Assembly: GCA_002269645.1 (NCBI GenBank)
Contig: NIVC01000236.1
Span: forward strand, 248,001-312,000
DNA length: 64,000 nt
From: Macrostomum lignano
Taxonomy: Eukaryota
Direction: 5' to 3'
Shown: positions 47,701-59,700 of the stretch, in pieces
Layout: each line of letters opens with the position of its first letter
Position numbering within the stretch: position 1 is the first letter of the stretch
The notes under the pieces: generated by a model
Seen by the model: the letters and a program-made list of their open reading frames with translations, nothing else
What the model was told of the DNA's origin: nothing
Database searches by the model: none
Made by a program: the position numbers and the translations under genes

Positions 47701-50700
47701 GATGTTGGCGGAGGAGAGTGCCAAGTAAGAGCAGGGAGAGTGCCAAGTAAGAGCAGGGAGAGTGCCAAGTAAGAGCAGGGAGAGAGTGCCAAGTAAGAGC
47801 AGGGAAAGTGCCAAGTAAGAGCAGGGAGAGTGCCAAGTAAGAGCAGGGAAAGTGCCAAGTAAGAGCAGGGAGAGTGCCAAGTAAGAGCAGGGAAAGTGCC
47901 AAGTAGGACCCCGGATTGCCATGTAAAAAACATCGGAGTGCCATGTGAAATCCCGGAGTGCCAAGTAAGATACCGGAGTTCCAAGACCCCGGATTGCCAT
48001 GTAAAACGTCCGAGTGTCAAGTAAGATCTGGGAGTGCCAAGTAAGATCCTGGTGTGCCAAGTAAGATCCCGGAGTGCCAAGTAAGATCCCGGAGTGCCAA
48101 GTAAGATCCCGGAGTGCCAAGTAAGATCCCGGAATTATCTCGCGCAGGCTCGAGAAGCTGCTGGCCCGCATCCAGAAGCTGGACGCTGGCGGCCACGACA
48201 CCAGCAACCTGCGCCGGGGCCTGCTGGCCGAGTACAGCTCGCCCCGCTTCTTGGGGATGCTGGAGTCTGCCGGCCTACTGCACCAGCAGCAGCAGCAGCA
48301 GCCGCCACAGTTCAGAGCCGGCAGCCCGCCGTACCCTGCCGTGCCGTCCCTGGCACTCGGCGGCCTGGGTCTGGCCGGGGCACCCAACGAATCCCAGCAG
48401 CAGCGCCGAGTCCTTAGCGACGAGGCCTTGCCAACCTCGCATCGCAGTGTGGAGCACGCGGTTCAGACAGACGAGTCCACGCTGAGGCAGATCCGCCTGG
48501 CGCAGCAGCAGCAGCAGCAACGTCGGCTGCAACAACTGCAGAAACAGCAGCAGCAGAAGCAGCAAAGGAGCCAGCGGCAGCAACAGCAGCAGCGCCAGCA
48601 CAGAGACTGGGAGGCTCAGGACAGCCATCGGAAGGCGCACGAGCGGCGGTCAGCGGAAGCGCGCAGGCGGCTGGTTAGTGATGCCAGATCAAATTTTTCT
48701 AGCTTAGAAACCAACAATCAAGAGCATCAATGTGTCTGATATGAAATTTTCCATCGTATTTCACTTTGCTTTGCTTTGCTACTCAATCCAGCTTATAAGT
48801 AGCATATAGAGAGCGCCTACTGTCGAATATATAGGAATACGGATACTTCACTCGCTTTGCTACTCAATCCAGCTTATAAGTAGCATATAGAGAGCGCCTA
48901 CTGTCGAATATAAGAATACGGATACTTCACTCGCTTTGCTACTCAATCCAGCTTATTAGTAGCATATAGAGAGCGCCTACTGTCGAATATAAGAATACGG
49001 ATACTTCACTCGCTTTGTTACTCAATCCAGCTTATAAGTAGCATATAGAGAGCACCTACCAACCCGTCAACCCACGCCCGCATCTGTAGGAGGCGAAGCG
49101 GCAAAAGCAGCGCGCCGGCCGCCCGGTGCCCATCGCGGAGCGGCCGCCATGGGGCGTCAAGATGCCCTCGCGCGAGTTCATTCCGCAGAGCGAGCGCGAC
49201 CCCCTTCCGGAGGCGCGGGAGCAGCGCCGTGAACGGCTGCGCCGGCGCCAGGCCGAACTGCTGGCGCAGGTCCGCGTGGGCGGCTACGCGGCGCCGGCGG
49301 CCGCGACAGCGCCTGCGGGGGGCGGCGGTGCGGCCTCGCAAAGACGGCAGCCTGCAAGGGCGGAGCCGGCTGGGAAGTTTCGCCAGGTGAGTCGGGCAGG
49401 GGATTTCATTTGCCAGAGATTCCCTGTGTTTGCCAGAGATTCCCTGTCTGCCAGAGATTCCCTGTATTTGCCAGAGATTCCCTGTATTTGCCAGAGATTC
49501 CCTGTGTTTGCCAGAGATTCCCTGTGTTTGCCAGAGATTCCCTGTGTTTGCCAGAGATTCCCTGTGTCTGCCAGAGATTCCCTGTCTGCCAGAGATTCCC
49601 TGTGTCTGCCAGAGATTTCCTGTGTTTGCCAAAGATTCCCTATATTTGCCAGAGATTCCCTGTGTTTGTTAGAGATTCCCTGTGTTTGTTAGAGATTCCC
49701 TGTATTTGCCAGAGATTCCCTGTTTGCCAGAGATTCCCTGTGTTTGTCAGAGATTCCCTGTATTTGCCAGAGATTCCCTGTTTGCCAGAGATTCTTGTTT
49801 GCTGTGAGACTCTATAGGTGTATTTACACATCTGACCTTGACTTATCCTGGACTCTCTTGTTGAAAAAGCGCTGATGGGAGAAAATAACTACAACAGGAA
49901 TGCAAAAATCTGCTTAAGAAATCGCAGAGTTCCAGTCTGAGCAAAATTTCACACATAGCTACTGGCAGGTTTATTATTTGCATATATTTACTTTTACGTT
50001 TCTGTTTTTCATTATTTAAGTCACGGGACCGGTTCAGGAAAAAGAGTCATTGCTTTAATCCACAGATGCGGACTCGATGAAATCACAGAATTAAATATGA
50101 AGCGCAATACCTGCATATGCGACCAGGCGCATTATTACTTTAACATTTATAGTTTTATGCAGAGCAGAAAATGCAACGCAATCCTCAGGCACATAGCAAC
50201 AGGTGTTTGCCTTGGATGCGGGCAATATTTAATTGAGTAGATTTGGTTCTTATTTGTACCAGCTAGGGCCCCTACAATATCCTGGGCTAGGGATCAGCTT
50301 GTACCAGCTTGGGCCCCTGCAATATCCTGGGCTAGGGATCAGCTTGTACCAGCTTGGGCCGCTGTAATATCCTGGGCTAGGGATCAGCTTGTACCAGCTT
50401 GGGCCCCTGCAATATCCTGGGCTAGGGATCAGCTTGTACCAGCTTGGGCCCCTGCAATATCTTGGGCTAGGGATCAGCTTGTACCAGCTTGGGCCGCTGT
50501 AATATCCTGGGCTAGGGATCAGCTTGTACCAGCTTGGGCCGCTGTAATATCCTGGGCTAGGGATCAGCTTGTACCAGCTTGGGCCCCTGCAATATCCTGG
50601 GCTAGGGATCAGCTTGTACCAGCTTGGGCCCCTGCAATATCCTGGGCTAGGGATCAGCTTGTACCAGCTTGGGCCCCTGCAATATCCTGGGCTAGGGATC

Positions 50701-53700
50701 AGCTTGTACCAGCTTGGGCCGCTGCAATATCCTGGGCTAGGGATCAGCTTGTACCAGCTTGGGCCGCTGCAATATCCGGCCTGGGCTCGGGATCAGTACC
50801 AGATTAGTTTAATTTGTTTAATCTCTGATTGCTTTGAGAAAGTGCTTCTAAAACGAAAAAAATTACATAAATTTATGTCATTTTCATGTCACCGATAACC
50901 TGCAGTTGCTATTTAACCTATATTAAGCTTGTATTCTGGCGCAGCAATTATGAAAGCATCCGGGAAGGGGCGGGCAAGGGGCTCAAAACACAGGGATGCA
51001 ATCGCGCGACACCCTGACCAGGTCGTCGTCCAGAGTCATGAGGCCCATGAAGGAGAAGAACAGGCTCATGGCCGACAGGAAATGCCAGACGTCGTGCACG
51101 TCGTAGAAGTCGAACAGCAGGCAGCGCTGGTTGAGGGCCCGGGACTCGGACGGGCTCAGAGCCCAGTTGCTGGGCTGCTGCATGAAGAAGTACAGGCCCG
51201 CGCCCCAGGTCAAGCAGGAGAGGCCGATGAAGAATAGCGGCTGGAGGTGGATTCGTTCGCCGCTGCGAACTTTCATTACAACATAGAATGCTGTGTACAT
51301 CAGCAGGTTGACCAGGAATATGTACAGCAGGAAGCTGTTGAAGTCCCTCGGCCGGCTTATTGCGCCGTACACTGCGATTGTCCAGTTGATGAGGTTGGCA
51401 GCGGCCAGAATCGCCATGCGGTCCTTGTACATCGGCCTGAAGCACCCGATGCCCTGGCTGCTCATCAGCAGGTAGAACCGCCTGGCCAGGCCGACGTCCA
51501 CCTTCCAGTGGCCCATGTAATACACTTCTCCTGCGGGGTGGGTGGGAAGAGGCGGGGCTGGGGTAAGCTGTTAGTGACCCTGGAGTATCTGGGTACCTCT
51601 GTGACCCTGGAGGATTTGGGTGCTTCTATAACCCCGGAGTATCTGGGTGCTTCTGTGACCCTGGAGGATCTGGGTACCTCTGTGACCCTGGAGGATCTGG
51701 GTGCCTCTGTGACCCTGAAGGATCTGGGTGCCTCTATGACCCTGAGGATCTGGGTGCCTCTGTGACCCTGGAGGATCTGGGTGCCTCTGTAACCCTGAGC
51801 CTCTTTAACCCTGGATGATCTGGGTGCCTCTGTGACCCTGGAGGATCTGGGTGCCTCTATGACCCTGAGGATCTGGGTGCCTCTGTGACCCTGGAGGATC
51901 TGGGTGCCTCTGTAACCCTGGAGGATCTGGGTGCCTCTGTGGCCCTGGAGGATCTGGGTGCCTCTTTAACCCTGGATGATCTGGGTGCCTCTGTGACCTT
52001 GGAGGAGCTGGGTGCCTCTTTAACCCTGGATGATCTGGATGCCTCTGTGACCTTGGAGGATCTGGGTGCCTCTTTAACCCTGGATGATCTGGGTGCCTCT
52101 GTGACCCTGGAGGGTCTAGGTACCTCTGTAACCCTGGAGGATCTGGGTGCCTCTGTGGCCCTGGAGGATCTGGGTGCCTCTGTGACCCTGGATGATCTGG
52201 ATGCCTCTGTGACCTTGGAGGAGCTGGGTGCCTCTTTAACCCTGGATGATCTGGGTGCCTCTGTGACCCTGGAGGGTCTAGGTACCTCTGTAACCCTGGA
52301 GGATCTGGGTGCCTCTGTGACCCTGGAGTAGCTGGGTGCCTCTGCGACCCTGGAGTAGCTGGGTGCCTCTGCGACCCTGGAGGATCTGGGTGCCTCTGTG
52401 ACCCTGAAGGATCTGGGTGCCTCTGTGACCCTGAAGGATCTGGGTGCCTCTGTGACCCTGAAGGATCTGGGTGCCTCTGTGACCCTGGAGGATCTGGGTA
52501 CCTCTGTGACACTGGAGGATCTGGGTACCTCTGTGACACTGGATTACATTGACACTGATTGACACTGTGCACCACGTGATCCCCCTACTGGATCGATTTA
52601 ATCAAATACTTTCCCATCAGTTAATTTTGTATCTAGTTTAACTATAGTATATTGTTACTTATACTTTACTTAGAAGCACTTAATAGTTGAGCATGCTCTT
52701 TGGGTGGTCTCTCTTTTCTGTCCTTCCCGTTCTCTCCCCCACTCTTAGTTCCGGAGTCTCTGATCTGCCCCTCGGATTTGAGTCAGACGGTCCCGCACGC
52801 AGCACTGGATTCTGCTCACGCGCTGGAGTCCCGAGAGTTGCAGATTTCCCTACTGCATACTCCGCTGTCCAAGACTGGGGACTGGGCTGTGCCGCGTGCA
52901 ACTTTTCATTATCGATTGGATTTGCCGATTGGGGAGTGCGGGACGCGCGCTCGCTGAATGGAGCTCACTCTGCCGCTCTCTCCGCTCCGCCAGGCCCTGT
53001 GCTCAGCACACTCGCAGCTGCTGCCCCTATCCACTATAATTGTAGCTAATTCTGTATATGTAGCTAAAACAGAGGAAGCAATAGCAGCTCTGAGATATAG
53101 TTGGACCTGATTGTACTGCTTGGTCTCCTCCCTCCCTCCGCTGCGCTTCTGCTCTCTCTTCCGTTCCTCTCTCCTAGAAGCCGTGTGCGAAAGCAGTTCT
53201 CGTTATATTTGAATTCGTTGCACTCGGCTACTGGCTGACTGTGTTTGATTTGTTATGGATTGATTTGTAATGGATTACGCCTTGATAGATTTGGTGAAAC
53301 ATTGGACTAGCCATGTCGCGTGTTGCTTATCTGACTAATTCTCTCGTACGTTGTTTTATTTGAGGGATTTTGGACTATGGGCTTGTTGGCATTGGGACAT
53401 AATAATAGTAATTATTTTAATAATAATACTAATATAATATATTAATTGATTACACTTGCCCCAATTGGGCCAGATGTGCAACCGACAGCTCAGCCGCAGC
53501 TATTGCGCGGCGCATCTGAAGGCTGCATACGGCTGTTGAATCCACGGACTGGGTGGGGGGAAGGGGGTCGCCACACACAGCCTCAATTACCCCAGCTAAT
53601 GCTGAAGCAATGCAGAGTTAAATGTCTTCATCTTGCTCAAGGACACAAATTGTTCCGAGTGGGTCGAGAAATCGCTTTAACCACAAGGCTAAACCCCCCA

Positions 53701-56700
53701 ATGACGAGTATTAATGATCAACTATTGGGATGTACATAAATACGAGTAGTTATGGTACACATTTGTGCCATTTTTTTGAAAATTTGTGCCAAATGGGATT
53801 TTTAATTTTGACCGAAAGAAATCCTGGCTTTAGTTTTAAAAATCTATGCAGCTCACCTGTGACAAAGAGACTGGACAAGATGAAGAAGATTGTGAAGGCT
53901 ATCCAGAAGAAGCTGGTCCCGTACACGACGCCCACAACGCTGACAAAGATGACTATGGCCATGGCCATGTAGCCAACGTGGGCCGACGCGTTGATATCCG
54001 GGTGCCTGGTCTGGTAGATCTTCAGCATGCACAGCACCGCCAGCACGTACATGTAGGCCGTGTCGAACTGGAAGTTTGAGTAGCTCGGACAGACGTGGTA
54101 GCAGCCGGACATGATGCCCTCCATGATCAGCGCGATGCCCATGGCGTAGAAGATGCCAAAGTGCTGCGGTATGCCTCTGTTGTCCTCGCGGTCTCCTAGC
54201 AGAGCCCGCCGTCGCTTATTGATGAGATCGCGCCGCCTGGTGAGGCCGAGGAACAGCAGGCCCAGGGCCACGTAGCCGATGTTGGAGAAGATGTTGTTGA
54301 AAGCCGAGATCACGCCAAGCGGCCGGGCGCAATAGAAGTTGTAGTAGCAGATGTCCTGGTTGCCGCTGATGCGCAGGATCTGCTGGTAGGTGATGACCAG
54401 CTGCACTACTGGCAAGCCGTAGAATATGCTGATGATGATGAGGTACCAATAGTACAGCCGGTACTTGTTGCGCAGCAGAGCCGGCCGTTTCTGGCACAGG
54501 TCAGCCAGGTAGAGACGACGCGGCCGGCCCTCTTCGTCAGCGGCGGCCGCTGCGGCTGCTGCTTGCGCTGCCGCTGCTGCTGCTTTGTTGAACTCGGCCA
54601 TGATTGGCTGGCGGGCCTCCGCCTCTTCCCCAGGGCTGCTCAACTCCTCTTCGTCGAGGTCGGCGCTTTCACCGTGGCCGCCGCTGCCAAGCTGCTTTTT
54701 GCTGGTTGTCATAGGAACCGCCTGCATAGCGTATTTATGTCGCCATCGCTCATGACTGTGCGTTGGTGGTGACTGCGGCAGCGGCCGCCAAGTGCCGACG
54801 GTGGCGCTGTAATCGGCACACCCGTCGTCTTCGGCGTCATCGGCACCGCAGTTTAACCGGTCGCAGCTTTCGGAGTCTTCCGACAGCTCGCTTTGGTCAC
54901 CGCTTGATCGGGCCTCTAAACGCTGCTGTGCGTAGATGACGACTGCAGCGAGAATGTGGAAGCAGGCAAAGAAGGCAACCGCACCGAACACTGGCAGGTA
55001 GTACTGGCTGTTGTCCAGCGACACGCTTACTCGGAATTTGAATGCCTTGCTGGTCGGGCCGGCTGAGACAGCGCCCAGTGCCCCAGTAACTGCGGCGGCA
55101 GTTGTCTCAGTGGCCGCTGCTGATAGTGTTGTGGCTGTAGTTGCTATGGGCGGCTTGATCTTGTAGACATCTGCCATAACCCTCGGCTGCAAGTCGTTGA
55201 GCCGCGTGAAGCTGCAGTGCTCGCTGGACGGCTTGAGCACAAACACGATGTAGAAACTGTCACCGTTGATGCTGCTTCTCTCCACCGTGAGCTCCGCTCG
55301 AGTTGACATTGTCTGGTACTCGCCAGCGAACTCCACGTTACGCACCAGGTCGTAGACCGGGCAGTTAACCGACTGCGCGCTCATAATCATGCAGTCGGGC
55401 TTGTCGGACTCCGCCGATATGGAGAGTCGTCGGGCCCCGTCAGGGAATACCGCCTTGAAGTACTTCGGCCTTGACGGCGTGATGGTCTGGTGGTAAGTTC
55501 GATCAATATGCAGCTGAAACTCTCGTACAAGCGTCACGTTAAGCGTGAATTCCACTGGCCGCTCGCTCGCTGTTGATACGTCAATGTAGATGGTCTGGTT
55601 CTTGTCCACCGCGCCCTTGGACGCGTCCTCCACCGGGCAGAGCGTACGCGACACATCCGAGTAGCGTCGATCACCGTCCAGAATCTCCGGCACCTGGAAG
55701 GACAAGATCGACCGCTGCTGCCTGACAACAAACAGCACCGGATACTCCCGGCTGGCGCTGGGGCTGGCCACCTGCAGCCTCACCGCCTGCGTCAGGTTGG
55801 CCTTCTCCACGAAGCTGTACACGTACAGATAGTTCACCCAGTTGCTGGCGGCGCCGCGGTGGACGCTTTCGAACTGGCCGCCAATCTGACGCACTGTCGG
55901 CAGCAGCTGGCAGCTGGCGACTGTCAGCAGCAGCGGCCAGAGGCATCGGCAGGCCAGCATTGTCAAGTGGCTGATAGCCCGCGAGGCTCCTGTTCCGCGA
56001 AATTTCTGTAGTCTGAGCGACAGCGCTCAACTTCCTTTTCTAGGCTGCCTTCGCGTCTCCTCTGTTTCTCTCTCCGCTATAAAGGCCAGTCTATTGGCCA
56101 GGCACTCTGGTTCCCTCGCGCTGTCCTGGTTGAGTTGCACATTTATTTTTGTGCAAGTTTTGTCCCCGCATGGCGTTTTTGTTTGCCCAACTAAAAACTC
56201 TGGTGCACTCGTGCGGTCTCCACCCCTACTCCCTCTTTCAAGCTCAAACTCAAGCATTCTTCTGATCTGAGCTACAAAGTCGCTTACAAAGCAATGTTCG
56301 TATCGTATCGGAAATGTACGCAGGTCGGTAAATCTGTCAGTCTAGCTAGTGCCCAAAACTCAGAGTGCGTTAGTTGAGTTGCTCTGTTTATATCGTAGGT
56401 GCACTGGAGCGGAGAAATCGATTTCCTATTGCAGCTGTGCATTTTTTTGTTTGCTTTGATACGCCAACACAATGTTGTTAAGTACTGTACACTTCCATGC
56501 ACGTACTACAATAAAAAGAAAGTGTCTCTCCAAGCCTTTCCGACTCTGAAGGCGCTTACATTGATGTCACATGAAGCTTTTATGTACATTGTGTTTTTTG
56601 ACCAAATAAACGGTTGAAAAATATAAGACGTACAATAGCTGGATTTGATATCAACGTTAACGGACCTTGGCACAGTATTATTTACCCTGCTCATGAACTT

Positions 56701-59700
56701 CATTAAAGTTCATATAACGCTGGCTTATCGAATCCACCCTACTTGTCTCTTACCACCGCGTTAATCGTATCATAAAGTTTTTGTCCTCAATGCGGTAATC
56801 TAATCCTGGGTCATGACCTCAATGCGTCAATCTAATCCTGGGTCATGACCTCAATGCGTCAATCTAATCCTGGGTCATGACCTCAATGCGTCAATCTAAT
56901 CCCAGGTCATGACCTCAATACGTCAATCTAATCCTGGGTCATGACCTCAATGCGTCAATCTAATCCTGGGTCATGACCTCAATGCCCTACCTGACTCATC
57001 TCGCCTATCAAAGCTCCCAGATGCCTGACTCCGCGCACCTCCACCCGCCCGCCCGCAGACCTACAACCTGCCGGATGATGCCGACCCGACCGTCGGATTT
57101 GACGACGATGCCGGCCTGCGCACCCACCTGGCCAGCGAGCGGGCCCGGGCGTCGCGGGTTCGTGACGACGTGCTCGAACCGTTGGACGACCGGTACTACC
57201 TGACGCAGCGACAGAGCCAGCACCTGTCCCAGCAGCAGCAGAACTTCGTTCGCACCTCTGCATTTTTGAATCCGGCCGCTGCCGCCAAGCCTCTGCCGCT
57301 GAGCCGAGAGACCACCTCCAGAGAGCTGGCCCGCCGCGCCTACATCCGCGGGCTCAACCCGTCGCACTACGGTGTTTCCATGGACAACTATGATGACGCG
57401 CGAATTGAGGGGACGCTGCCGGCTAAGCACAATAAGGTATGATATTCTCGGGAGTGTGCGGTTGCTAACCAGACTAACACTTACTCTGGCCATGTCTGAA
57501 GAAACGAAATTATTGAAATGCTTAAATATCTCCGTGCCACAAATGTTTACAGTCCTGACTGTTCCAATAAACAGTTATTGGTGTGCTAACAGTTCCGGTA
57601 CGTGTCTTGATAAAAAGTAATAGCTTATGCTGTGTGCAGTTTTTTTATAGATTTGACCTTTTTAATTTATCGATCAGTAATGATATTGAAAGGAAAATTA
57701 AGAGTAATATACATCTTGATTGTATATTTAATAATTATTTCATTGATTTCTATTATTAATAGTACTTTATTGCTGCTTACTAATTGTGTGCCGCTTGTCT
57801 ATTTAGCGAAATTCTCGCATTTTTGCTAACCTTGCTTATCCATCAAATAGCCAAAGCCCAGCAAGAACAGTCCATCAACTGCCAGCCTCCGGGCGCCGCC
57901 TCATCAGCGCGGCACCGGCGGAAGAATCGTTGCTAAAGCGCGCGCCGCTCAGCCAGCAGCGGTCCGTGTAAATGGGAATCAATATCCATCGATTTTACGA
58001 GGGGTGATCAAAAAGTTCTGCAAGTGACCTCACAAGTCAGTGTTACAGCAGCCGAGGCGTCTAGTCAGTGTCACATTCCCTCAAAGTACTTTCCACCACC
58101 ATCTATACACTGTCGCATGCGTGTGCACCATGTCCGAAAGCAGTCATGGTACTCCGAAGTTGGTATACCCTGTAGAGCTGAATGTACCGCTTGGGCAAGG
58201 TATTGTATGCGTGAAAACAGCCTCCCAAAAATGACGGATTTGATCCTCGGGAACAGCCAAAAGTCACAGGGTACTAGGTCTGGAGAGTAAGGTGGATGGG
58301 GCAGCAGCTGGACCCCCTGCTGCTCCAGGTACGCCATGGTTGAGGCCGCTCTGTGCTGTGCCGCATTGTCATGGTGCAGCAGGAGTCGAGGTCCATGCCT
58401 GGTTCGCGCACGTTCCTGCCGCTCCTGCAGCACGCCTGGCAGAGCAGTGTCTGTGTAGTACCTGGCAGTCACTGTGGCACCCGCTGGAAGGATGTTCACC
58501 GATACAACACCCTGAGAGTTGAAAAAAATGGTGAACATCCGCTTCCGACTGCGGAATCCGGTCTTCAGCACCTCAAGCCTTGGCTCATCTTCTGCCAGCC
58601 AGACCATGTTGGACTGCTTATCCTTCATGGTAAAGAAGGAGATCCAACATTCGTCTCCTGTGATGACATCCGACAGTCGTCGTGGGCCGTGGGGCTCAAA
58701 CATTTGCAGCCGAAAGCGACAGATACGCACCCTCTCTGCTTGCTGCTCCGGAGTGAGAAGATGGGGTACCCACCGAGCGCAGGTCTTTGTGCGGCCTAGT
58801 TGCTCATGCATAATGTTATGAGCACTTCCATGGCTGACACCAAGCTCATAGACAAGGAATCTCAGCATAATGCTCCAATCCTCACGAATTATTGCATCGG
58901 CACGGGCCACGACATCTTCGGTCACGGATGTCCGGAGTCGGCCAGACCTCGGTTCATTGTTGAAGCTGTCCCGGCCTTCCGAGAAATGGCGCAGCCAGCG
59001 GGCAACTGTGTCAAATGATGGAGCAGAGTCAGCTAAAACATTCACTAGATCGGTATGAATCTCAGTCGCTCAGCAGCCAAGTTGCATGCGCATAAAGATG
59101 TAGAAGCGAACACTGTCTTTTGATGTTTCCATCAGCTACCGAAAACACATGGAAAATATAAGGCTGTGAAATTTGACTGGAGCACATTTGGAAGCCAAAA
59201 ATGCATATAAATATAGCAAACAGATATAGCCACATATGTATAAGTTTTGGGATTTTGCCGATTCTATACCTAAAAGCTATAACAAGAGGTTGCAGAACTT
59301 TTTGACCACCCCTCGTATCATGTCTCAGCTTAGTGATTTCTTTATTTGTTCTTTGTTTTTATTCTCTATTCTCTATTCTCTAATCTATGAGACATTTCAC
59401 TAACAACCTTGCCTTAAATTTATTTTTATCTATACTGCCCTTGTCCTCTCGCTCCTTATGTTTTGTGTCTGCACTTTTTGGCTGACTGTTAATTTTGGGG
59501 TGGGTGAAGAGCATGGTACACTGGTCTTGATGGGTGGGTCCACAGTGGGCTGGACTGGACTTGTCCTTAGGACTCGTGGACTCGGGAGCCTGCAGGCTAA
59601 AAATAGAAACTAGCGGGTTTCCCTTCTTGAATTCTGATTCTAGATTATTCTATAATAAACGTGAATCCCGTGAATCTTCTTGTTAAATGGCAGCGTCCCA

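Noticed and set aside
48780-49058. CRISPR-like appearance of the 79-bp and other regular arrays
   Set aside because: Head-to-tail units have no unique spacers, the context is eukaryotic introns, and there are no cas genes.
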